NCBI GenBank assembly: GCA_034226945.1
Contig: CP120453.1
Location: 744,001-808,000 of the forward strand
DNA length: 64,000 nt
From: Picochlorum sp. SENEW3
Lineage: Eukaryota
Direction: 5' to 3'
How positions within the stretch are numbered: position 1 is the first letter of the stretch; the number at the start of each line of letters is the position of its first letter. Of this stretch, positions 25,189 to 34,664 are shown piece after piece. A program made the position numbers and the translations under genes. The notes beneath the pieces were generated by a model that searched no databases, was not told the DNA's origin, and was given only the letters and a program-made list of their open reading frames with translations.

Positions 25189-28100
25189 ATGTGGCCTCAG
25201 CCATCGCAAGATGGGAATCAGAGTGCATTTTTTAATAATAATGGTACCATGAATAATTCTACTCAGCCCCCTGAGGTTGGTGGTTTCGGTGCTGGTTCGA
25301 CATTTCAGAGTGGCCCGACGCAGAATGCTGTGTTTGGGCAGCCTGCAGGCTTTGGAGCTCCTCCCCAGGGTCCGGTACAGAGGATGAAATTCGGGTCGCA
25401 GGCTACTGGCTCTACGGGCGGCGATGGGGGCGGTCAATCTCAACCAACGACACAAGGCTTTGGGGGAATTGGTGGACAGGCATCTCAGGGCATGGATGCG
25501 GATGAGATGAAGAAAAAGGAACGTGCAGCTCGCTTTTTGACGGTATCGACATCTGCTATTGATACCAGGAGAGCAGAGGGGCAGCAGCAACAGCAGGAAC
25601 AGCAACGGGATACTGGAGAGGACACCATGCTTGCCAAAAAAGCCATTGTTGGGACGTGTGAGGACATGTGTCCTGCGGCAGAGCGAGAGCGGCGACAAAA
25701 TATGTCTGATATTCAGATATTCGAAAGAGTGTATCCTGATAATATGAACGTGACGTCTGCTGAACTGGCAGTGAAAAGGTTTGCGAGGACAGTTGATGAT
25801 CCTCACCCATCTGATTTTAGGACACGGGGTGCTTTGCAGCGGACTATGATATACCTGCGGAGTCTTTTGGACAGAGAGGGTATGATTGATTGTATCCATG
25901 TCAAGTACGATGGGAATCGTCATGAGCCACGTGCTTTGTATTGATGCAGATGTGAGATTTGGACTGGTTCATAAGTTTTTGTGGGACAGATACCGTTCCA
26001 TTCGGCAAGATTTATACATTCAGGGTATCACAGATCAGTTTGCTATTTCAATATTTGAAGAGATTGTGAGATTTCATGTGCTGTGTGAACATGAACTGAG
26101 TGGAGATGACCAGAATGGTATGTCTATATGTGTATCAAAAATGGAAACATGAGCCTCATGATGCATACGTGCCCATCTTGCGTGCAGTAACCGACATGGA
26201 GGGATTCAATTCTCATTTGAATATGGAGCAAATGAATAAGGCTTTAATATCTCTGAATGATATGTACGAGAAGGCAGCAGAAAAAGGAGAACATTGCCCT
26301 AATGGTTCGTTGGCTGAGCTTCCTGCCATGTGTGTGACAAATGTGACTTTGTTGACATCTTGATCGTTATACAATGCAGAATCTGAATTTAGATCGTACC
26401 ACTTGCTTTCGCTCATGTCACAGCATGGTAAATTCAAAGGTGATCAGCAAGCATTTTTATCAACAATACAGTCGCTGCGTCAGGAAGTTAGGGATAGTGC
26501 AAATATACAATGGGTTTTACAACTACGATCAGCCTTTGTCTTTGGTAACTTTGCCAGATTCTTTACTTTGATCAAGAAAGCCCCTTATTTATTAGCTTGC
26601 CTTAGTCACGTATACTTTCCACAGATGCGATCAAAGTGCTTTAGGGTCATGTCAGAGAGTATTGTGCCTGGTAGACCAGCCATGTTGGAAGCATCGTGGC
26701 TGATGAAAACTCTCTTATTGGACTCGGAAGAGGAAGCGTTGCAGTTGGGAAAGCAGCACGGCTTTGAGTCTTCGTTGGACGATCGTGGAGCACCTGCAGT
26801 GGTCCTCGTAAAGGGTGATTTTGTGCCGTTGCCCACCCCAGTTGTCCGGTACCCTTCAAAATTCATCTCTCGTATGGCCCCTGGAAAGCGAAGCACAGCC
26901 GTGACATCTTCTGATAACTCAATAGTTGCCAATCAGCCGGTGAGTGAAGAAGAAGAACAGAGACGCATGCAGGAGATGCAAAGGCAGCAGGAGCAACAAA
27001 TGCTGCTGTTGCAAGAGGAAAGAAAAAGGCAGCAACGAGTTCGAGAGGAAGCAGAGCGACAGAGGAAGATCCAAGAGGAAAACAATGCCATGATAGAAGC
27101 GGAAAGGAGAAGGATTGCATTGGAGGAAGAAGCTCGCAAGGAGAGATTGTTGGAGGAGAAACGGCAGGAAGAAAGGAGGAAGCAAGAAGCACGAATTGCT
27201 GCAGAGGAGGAAGCCAGGCGACTGGCAGCGATTGAGGCTGAGAAACAAAGAAAAATAGCAGAAGCTGAGGAAGCACGACGGCGTGCTGCGGAGGCAGAGG
27301 CGAGAAGACTTGCAGAATTAGAGAGACAGCGTAGGGAGGAGGAAGAGCGACGACGAAAAGAGGAAGAAGAGAGGAGGAGAAGGCTCATAGACAAATTAAA
27401 AGAAGCCATTATATCTAAAAAGTACTGGGATATGTGGCTAGAAGAAACTCGATATAGAATGAAAGAGAGAGAGAGAGCTAGGCTCGCAGCGATCAACCTG
27501 AAGTCCTGCAGAGTTGGAATTGTGAGTAGGAGTAACAAGCGATCACGGGTATGTGCTGCATTTCTGGTTTTTTTTTGTTTTGAATGAACTGTAGAAACCA
27601 GACTATTATTCGCAAATATCGTAATATATTTATTTGGTCTGCAGAACACCATGGTTGAGATGGAATGGGAGGATGATATTGACAATAGTCCATCTAAAAA
27701 GCAGTGCTGTGACGAAATGCTGCTGAAATTGTCCGAGCTGATACATCCAATCCTGGCTGAGAAAGATGGCAATGCAGCTGAAATCCATTGGAAAGCTACG
27801 GTTCTTTCATTTCATGATAACTTTGTGAATGATCCTTTGGCTCGTTATGTGCACAAATTCGCTGCTCTTGATGCATGCAAAACAAGGGTCACAGAGCAGG
27901 AGAATGACGAGATTGTGTACCAAGACTCGCAACTGGAAAACTCTCATCTGAACGCCTGCCTCCATTTCAGATCCAAATGTGAACTAAATATAGATACTTT
28001 GAAGGGATCTTCTGCTATTATTATGACAGTTGAGGATTACTCGTCCAGGGAAGCAGAAATCAAGTCATTCCTGAACTTGAGCTCAAAATGGAAAGGGCCT

Positions 28101-29042
28101 TCCATACCAATCTTGATCCTCTCAAGAGGGATTGATCCTTGTGAATTTTCTAAAGAGAATATGATGGCACGGATAATTTCCATAGAGTCGCTTGCTGGAT
28201 CACCCAATGATAGATTACTTCTCGAGGATGGACTCAGATGGAGTGCAAGATATTCCCCAGAGGAACCGTCTTTTACAGTCGTTCCTCTCAAGCAAACCAT
28301 CTCGCAAGGAATTCGATCATTCTTAAGAGAAGAAGAAGTCTCAAAAGGTCTCCAAATCGTGGGTCATATGGCGCATGATAAGGCCATTGAATTGGTTCTA
28401 GAGGCAATCGATGCAGCATTCAAGTCAACAGAGGCATCATGGGCATGGCCCCCACAGGAATTTGATCTGGATGCTCTTTCTGATTGGTACACGGTAGATA
28501 AGTATTCATCTTTAGTACATGCAGTCAAGGAAATCTACACTGAGATGAATCAGGCAGGCAGAGAGTATCTCTCGCTGTTGTCAATGAATGCACTGATGGA
28601 CAGGGCATGCCCCAAGGACATTCAGCTAGTCATACCAGACAAGATTTCGTCCCCATTAAGTCGTATCTTGTTCTTGCAGAACATACCATCACCAAATAAA
28701 ATACTGTCAGAGGATAGATCACGAAGACCTCAGACACAGCAGCAGCCCCTTGCCCCTATACACAGCAATAGCGATTCGGTTGCAAGGAATGCAAAGTTGC
28801 GTCACCAAATCCATGGTTTGGAAGAAGAATTGAATTTACAACGAATGTTAGATAAAGATATGGTGAGAGAATCATCTCGGTATTCGATTTGGAAGCCCAT
28901 GCACCGACCAGATCTCAAGAAGAACACTCGTCAGTCGGTGGCAGGTGATGATGATTTGAATAGTCGAGTCAATGATGAGAAGGAGGCATCAACCTCATTT
29001 GTGAATAGGCTCCGGAAACTCCGCGATATGATGTTCTTTTAA
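25189..29042 (+). CDS. SAC3: SAC3/GANP family mRNA-export factor (multi-exon)
   Basis: N-terminal FG-rich region, IVGTCEDMCPAAER, AVKRFART, FLWDRYRSIRQDL, GNFARFF, long charged coiled coil; short introns link ORFs 25189, 25886, 26100, 26403 and 27651. Confidence 0.9.
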
Positions 29043-29046
29043 TGTA

Positions 29047-29391
29047 TCAAACTGTAAACAAATTCAGGGTCTCCAACAACGTATCATCTCCATCAGTCAC
29101 GGGCATTCCTTCAATCATCACAGCACCAGATGGACCATACAGTGTCACCTGTGAGACCGTCGTCGCAGCGTGCTCGCAGTACTGAAAATTCATGCTCGAC
29201 TTGCTCGCGTTCACCACCACCACTGTGAATCTATTATCCAGTTTTTCCAAAGCAGATTCTATAGAAATACGCGACTCATACCCATCCATCGTCAGGTATA
29301 CGACCAAATACGTGCCCCTGCTGCAGCTGGCCTTTCTCACCTCTTCCAACTCCAACGCACCCTCCTGAATATGAATAACCATATTATACAA
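29047..29391 (-). CDS. Hypothetical protein, 3' exon only (5' structure unresolved)
   Basis: 114-aa ORF with an AG acceptor near 29365, ending 4 nt from the SAC3 stop; no recognisable motif. Confidence 0.3.
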   Translation of the reverse strand: MYNMVIHIQEGALELEEVRKASCSRGTYLVVYLTMDGYESRISIESALEKLDNRFTVVVVNASKSSMNFQYCEHAATTVSQVTLYGPSGAVMIEGMPVTDGDDTLLETLNLFTV

Positions 29392-29952
29392 ATCAATATT
29401 AATTTAATGCAATATTAATGCCAAAGATTGCACCTTTATGGCACACGTGTGCCCAGGCCAAATGTGTCCAATTTGCCATGGTACATGGCATCCTCACTTG
29501 ATGCATCAGAATGTCACGAACAGTATCTCCCATCCAACAAACTCTGTAACGGGACCTTTATATCGACTTTAGTTCTCATGGGTCTTTCTCCAAAACAAAC
29601 AAGAGATATCCACAAAATACAGACAGAAACAGTAGATACTGTCGTATAGAAATTGTAGGTGCAGATTATGTCCGCGCGAACCGTGAAAATGACATTCCTG
29701 CGCACAACTGCCATGACACCTGGCACAACCAGACGCACCATGGTACTCCCCTTCCCAGGCTCTCTTGGACCGTTCGAGAGGGACGCGCCCAAGTGTCGTC
29801 CAGGTGTCAAATGCTACACAATTTACACTGGATCTGTCTGCTCAACACGTTGCATCAGTTGTGGCATCGCATGTATAATGATGGCGGTGAGTACATGGAG
29901 CACCAATCATATTATCAAATAAGTATTTCTGACAAGCGTACAATTGCAAAGC

Positions 29953-30705
29953 ATGAAGGCCTATATCATCGCAATAGTATGTGGTCTACTTGCCACATGC
30001 AATGGTCATCGCAACCTCTTGCAATGCTCCAGTTCAGCAGTAAGCTCTGCAAACTCCTTCGCGAAGAATGCTATTTCTGAAGCAGTATCAGATGCATTTG
30101 CCCAATGTACATCATGTCCTTGTGAAAATCAGGCTCAGACCGCTGCAGAATCAGTGGCTTTTGCTATTGCTCGAGCTCTCGCAGACACACAGTTGACTGT
30201 GATTGGTACCCCAGGGTGCCAGGGCACAGCTTCAGGAAGTGCCAGTGCCAAGAGTGTCGCACAAGCATCTGCTACTGCCTTTGCCAATGCTTTGGCTGAT
30301 GCGTGCGGAACAAAAGCGTCCAGTCAAAACAAAGCTGTTCAAAAGGCCCTGGCGGAAGCTGCTGCTTCTGTCAGCGCAGAGATTGTTGGGAATGGAGGGA
30401 ATGCTGCAGCTGCAGCACAGGCTGCTTCGGAGAATATCAAGCCTGCCATTGCCAAGGCTACATCCCAGGCATTGGCAAGATGCTCTTGTTCAGGAGAGAA
30501 TGCCAACCAAGCCGGAGCAGGAACATCAGCCGAGGCCAGCACCAACAACCCTGGTGATGCCATGCCCAATGTGGGTGGGACTGGGACCCCCTCCAACACC
30601 TTTGTGCCCCCTCAGCGACCTGACTTTGGTGACATTCTGGACTTTGATGATGCAGAATTCCCTAGCTTTTCGTCATCAGGATCATCTGGATCATCGTTCT
30701 GGTAG
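29953..30705 (+). CDS. Secreted Ala/Ser-rich, Cys-containing protein
   Basis: Signal peptide, RNLLQ processing-like motif typical of green-algal secreted proteins, repeated AxAxAxA helices. Confidence 0.7.
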   Translation: MKAYIIAIVCGLLATCNGHRNLLQCSSSAVSSANSFAKNAISEAVSDAFAQCTSCPCENQAQTAAESVAFAIARALADTQLTVIGTPGCQGTASGSASAKSVAQASATAFANALADACGTKASSQNKAVQKALAEAAASVSAEIVGNGGNAAAAAQAASENIKPAIAKATSQALARCSCSGENANQAGAGTSAEASTNNPGDAMPNVGGTGTPSNTFVPPQRPDFGDILDFDDAEFPSFSSSGSSGSSFW

Positions 30706-30930
30706 ACATGTGGTCCTGTCGTGACTCTTTTTACAATCAGAAGCATCCATTCCATATGTCCTTTTTAACGTGCATTCTTCCATTGATCCCTCTATTGATC
30801 CTTCCATCGATACTACAACACAATTACATTGTAACTATATATCTATAAATCGATCGAATATGAAAACGATTCGATAGCTGAGACAAGAAGAAGAAGGAGA
30901 CTACAAATTTTACATTAATTAATCCCGCCC

Positions 30931-31344
30931 ATGTCGACACGTCAGAGAGCGTTGCGGGGGGAAGGGGTAACAGAATTCACTGGCATAGTTAGAAAATGGA
31001 AGAGAGTGGAGCAATATCACGATTTCAGGTCGAATGGTTCTTCAAAACCGTTTGGGTATCGATGGGAGTCCCCCAAAGAAGACGCTTATAGTAAAGGTAT
31101 ACTGCGTCTATACATTTAGATAGTATGTACAAAGCCTTGAAATCATAATACAAATACTCATAATGCAGATGAATCGATAGAAAAAGAGTCTGCTCCAAAG
31201 CGGCGACGTCTCGTCCATGTCTCAGCACTGTCCCGACAGCAAGAGCCTCCTAATAATCATCCTGGAGGAGTAGAGCAGAAGCCGGCGACGATACAGACCT
31301 CTTCGAAGAAACTAAAGCTAAAGATTTTGTCTAAGCCACTTTGA
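30931..31344 (+). CDS. BCL7/BDH-like SWI/SNF accessory subunit (exons 30931-31096, 31169-31344)
   Basis: TEFTGIVRKWKR..YRW resembles plant BDH 'TVFTGPVRKWKK..YKW'; exon 2 has PKRRRLVHVSAL; splice is in frame. Confidence 0.6.
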
Positions 31345-32051
31345 TGAGCCTCCATCGCTGTAAATCAGAGTCAGGATCTGGTTTTGCCAATCCTACTCGG
31401 AGATCATTGCAATCCTGGGATGCTGCAAAGACGCGATTCTCGTGAACGATATTGACGCAGTCATATTCATCTGCGAGGCGAAGGCTGAATATCTCACGAT
31501 CCTTTTGTGAGAGGTACAACTCTGACTTGGCAGGTGTGATGTATGCTTCCTCACATCGAGGCTGAGGCTTTTTTGGATAGTACATTTGGATTGTCACTTG
31601 GGCTGAGGATTGTGTTTTGTTGGAAAATTCCAGTTTCCAGGACTTCCAATTTCTAGAATCGCTGAAATCCCTGAGAATGGGGCCATATTTCTTTGAACAG
31701 GTCTTGTTCCTAAACCCAATATACTCTGCACGATAACGCAGCCATTTTTTCACGTGAAACCATGATTTGTACGTATAATGTACTTTTATCCACCAGTAAG
31801 ACGCGTACCTTCGAAATCGAGACACCGAGGCCAAATAGCACAGAGCCTCAGCCTATACACCCCGTTCTTCAACGTTCGAAAGTCCAACTTCTCGGGAGCA
31901 GTCCCGACCCCTACGCACATGAATAAATATCAAATCTTTTCTTCTTTCGACAGGTCATCCGCGGCCACCTCAATACAGTACCTTGTCGTGTCGCCAAAGA
32001 GAGGGTACTACGGACGAGCAGGCATATGAGAACTACGGCAATGTGTAGCAT
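31331..32051 (-). CDS. Secreted protein of unknown function (3 exons), possibly beta-trefoil-like
   Basis: Signal peptide MLHIAVVLICLLVRSTLS; two GT..AG introns give a continuous frame into ORF 31331-31834; ends in QRWRL. Confidence 0.55.
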
Positions 32052-32373
32052 TCGGTGATAGTATTTTGCTCCTCTCCAATGAATGAAATTTTATATAAAG
32101 AATTTCTTTAATATAAAGAAATGCATCCTGTCGGTTCTGTGCCGGAACTAGATCAATAAGAAGTGATTTGGCTCCTCCAGCTGCTGCAAGGCAATGAAGC
32201 CACTCTCTCGTAGTATTCTACTGTCCAACCCCACCCTATATTATTAGGATATTCTACCATGCATAGTTTTACGTCATTCCATCGTTCAAGCGCTTCCAGA
32301 TTGCGCCACCAGGCAGGTCCACATTGTATTATACTGTCGGAAATTCGAAAAGTAACGCTATCTGTGTCGAATG

Positions 32374-32466
32374 AGGAAAAGGTCGCGCGTTCGAGCCGCG
32401 TAGCGGGTGGTCAAACAACTTTACACTCAGCCCGCTTAGCTCAGCTGGAAGAGCGTTTCCTTCCTA
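32374..32466 (+). tRNA. trnR-CCU: Circularly permuted tRNA-Arg(CCU): 3' half 32374-32409, 20-nt spacer, 5' half 32430-32466
   Basis: Reassembled 73-nt cloverleaf: acceptor GCCCGCT/AGCGGGT+G73, D arm GCTC-AGCTGGAA-GAGC (G18 G19 A20), anticodon stem TTTCC/GGAAA with loop TT-CCT-A|A, T arm GCGCG-TTCGAGC-CGCGT. Confidence 0.9.
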
Positions 32467-32478
32467 GATCAGAATTCC

Positions 32479-32483
32479 TTTTT
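32479..32483 (+). terminator. Pol III oligo-T terminator of the permuted tRNA-Arg
   Basis: TTTTT 12 nt after the end of the 5' half. Confidence 0.6.
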
Positions 32484-32757
32484 GCTCTCCTCTTAAGAGG
32501 AAAGAAGCTTCTTCTATGTCCAGAAAACATAGAAGAAGGAGTTGCCAAGGCATCACAGATTTCTCGTCCCATCAATGCTATCCGATGATGGGCTGAATGT
32601 GCGTTCCATCCCTGAAGAGGACAGATTGGGTGGTGCCATCATCTGGATAGTTCATGTATCCATAGAACGCTATAGTAGGATACATTAATCTTTTACTTCA
32701 AGAAACGTAACCAATTCGGATAGCAATACCAAGAGAGGAGTATTCGGCGCACCGTTC

Positions 32758-33158
32758 ATGGTAAACACCACGCTATTCTGTCCCACGTGCGCGAATCTCT
32801 TACAGGGTACGTCGGTTTACAGATTTGGGTGATTACTATTGCAGATGAACTAATACAACGAACGTTTGTTGCAGTTGAAAAGGTACAAGGGCTGCATTAT
32901 CAAAAGTGTTCGTCCTGTCCCTACGTGTTTGAAATCAGCAGCACCATTTCAAAGCAGGTGGCGTTGGAAAGAAAAGAGGTTGACGACGTATTAGGCGGTG
33001 AAGACGCGTGGAAGAACGTCCAGAAGGCATCTGCTGTGTGCGAATCCTGTGGAAACAAGGAAGCTTACTTTAGGGAAATTCAGACAAGGTCTGCAGATGA
33101 GCCAGCAACACTGTTTTTCCGGTGTACAAAGTGCGCCAAAGTTTGGAAAGAGAACTAG
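32758..33158 (+). CDS. RPC11: RNA polymerase III subunit C11 (exons 32758-32806, 32875-33158)
   Basis: LFCPTCANLL, CSSCPY, EVDDVLGGEDAWKNV, TFIIS-like zinc ribbon QTRSADEPATLFFRC..C. Confidence 0.95.
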
Positions 33159-33165
33159 TATACTA

Positions 33166-34200
33166 ATGATGCGTTCGGCTCTGTCATTGCAAAAGGGCTG
33201 TGGTGTTTTCCGTGTCCGAACGAGCAACAAAAAGCAGCATGTGTGCCGCTCGTCTCAGACAGAAACAGCCGGAGATGTCGCTCAGTTGAGGGAGGAGGTG
33301 GCTGCTCGGACGGCAGCCATGGCTAATTTGGAGAAGCAGCTTCTCCATGTAGAAAATCTGAGGGCAGAGGAGTTGAGGACTGCCATATCGAGGTTTGAGG
33401 AACTCGAGGAGGCCCTGCTGATGGCTGAAAAGAGTATTTTGAAGGAAGAAGAATCAGTAGCTCTGCTGACGAAGCAACTGGAGGCGAAAGATAAGGAGAT
33501 TTCTGAAGGATTGAAAAAGCTCGAGGTTGCGATGAAGCAAATGCATGCATTCAAAAAGGAAGCAGAGGATGCTAAAGCTCGGGAAGAGGAGGTCCGTGAT
33601 GCTGCCAAGGCAGAACTGGAGGCTTCTCAGAATCTTGTGGCGAAAGCGTATGCCCTCCTGACGGAATGGAAGGAGGATCAAAAGGTAATTGTGACAACGG
33701 ACAAGGATAACAGCAACAGCAATGGGAGTGTCCTCAAGGAGGATGAGCTGGAGACTGTTCTTGCAGAGCTAGATTTGCTGAGGGGAGAGCTTGAAGCAGA
33801 GTTAGAGACAAATGAGGATGCCATTGCACGAGCCGAGGCAGCCGAGGCTGAACTGGAAGAGATCCGAAAGGGAGCGCTCAAGCCTTCCAAAGCTCTTGAT
33901 CCTGCAGAGATGGAACAAATTGCAAAGAAGCTGGCAGCATCCCAACAGGAGTTGACTGCATCCAAAACAGAGGAGGCTCGCTTGAGAATTCTTGTTGAAA
34001 AGCTGGAAGCTGAAAAGGCAGAGATGGAGCAGCAGAAATTAAGCTTAGAAAGCGTAAATAACAAGGTTTCCATGTCCAAGTATACAAAAGAACTCGAGGA
34101 ACGCAATAGAGAGCTTGTTGGGGATCTCTCAAAGAGCAAAACAGCCTTGGAGCAAGCCAAGAATCTCCTTGTCTCATCCTCTTCGTCCATCTTATCCTAA
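33166..34200 (+). CDS. Coiled-coil protein with plastid transit-like N-terminus
   Basis: ATG 7 nt after the RPC11 stop; MMRSALSLQKGCGVFRVR..VCRSS transit-like segment, then a long heptad-rich region. Confidence 0.7.
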   Translation: MMRSALSLQKGCGVFRVRTSNKKQHVCRSSQTETAGDVAQLREEVAARTAAMANLEKQLLHVENLRAEELRTAISRFEELEEALLMAEKSILKEEESVALLTKQLEAKDKEISEGLKKLEVAMKQMHAFKKEAEDAKAREEEVRDAAKAELEASQNLVAKAYALLTEWKEDQKVIVTTDKDNSNSNGSVLKEDELETVLAELDLLRGELEAELETNEDAIARAEAAEAELEEIRKGALKPSKALDPAEMEQIAKKLAASQQELTASKTEEARLRILVEKLEAEKAEMEQQKLSLESVNNKVSMSKYTKELEERNRELVGDLSKSKTALEQAKNLLVSSSSSILS

Positions 34201-34299
34201 TCTTGTAAATTCACGTATAAAAGAGTTGACACAGTGTTCGACAGGTCTCATGGTAGATTGGCGTCCTCAATGGCAAAAGCAAAAGTAAGCGTTGAAATA

Positions 34300-34396
34300 T
34301 TCTAATCAAGCCCCATGGACCGGACTCGGGCACGACCGCATTGCATGTGCATCGCGGTCGACAGGATTCGAACCTGCGCAGCTTGCGCTACTTGAT
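34300..34396 (-). tRNA. trnS-AGA: Circularly permuted tRNA-Ser(AGA): 3' half 34396-34353, 13-nt spacer, 5' half 34339-34300
   Basis: Reassembled 84-nt class II cloverleaf: acceptor GCGGTCG/CGACCGC+G73, D arm CCC...GGG, anticodon stem CTTGA/TCAAG with loop TT-AGA-A|A, variable arm AGC-GCAA-GCT, T arm GCAGG-TTCGAAT-CCTGT; T4 runs follow at approx. 34284-34275. Confidence 0.92.
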
Positions 34397-34664
34397 CATT
34401 AGATATATGCATTTGGCAAAATATTCACGAATAATAAAATATCGAGTTCCAGGGGCGGACCCATATTCGCCGATATACAGCGTCCGTGATACAATAATAA
34501 CCCACTAGGAATATGCGCCAACGTATAGATATGCTGTCCAAGCATAACGCACACCATACACCAGTATATACATGGTCCCAACACGAATGCGTTCCTTACT
34601 GTCTCCTGTCTGGAGCTTTCTACACAAAGAATTTTGTTCTCAAAAGGATATCTTTACAAATAAT

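Noticed and set aside
29430..29530. Possible selenoprotein exon with in-frame TGA codons on the minus strand
   Set aside because: No consistent start or splice frame and no SECIS element could be identified
32430..32520. Ordinary intron-containing tRNA-Arg using the downstream AGGAAAG (approx. 32498-32504) as its 3' half
   Set aside because: No T arm or acceptor complement follows and a T5 run intervenes, whereas the upstream half completes every stem
32259..32588. 109-aa ORF spanning the tRNA-Arg locus
   Set aside because: No protein motifs; the sequence is better explained by the tRNA halves and hairpins
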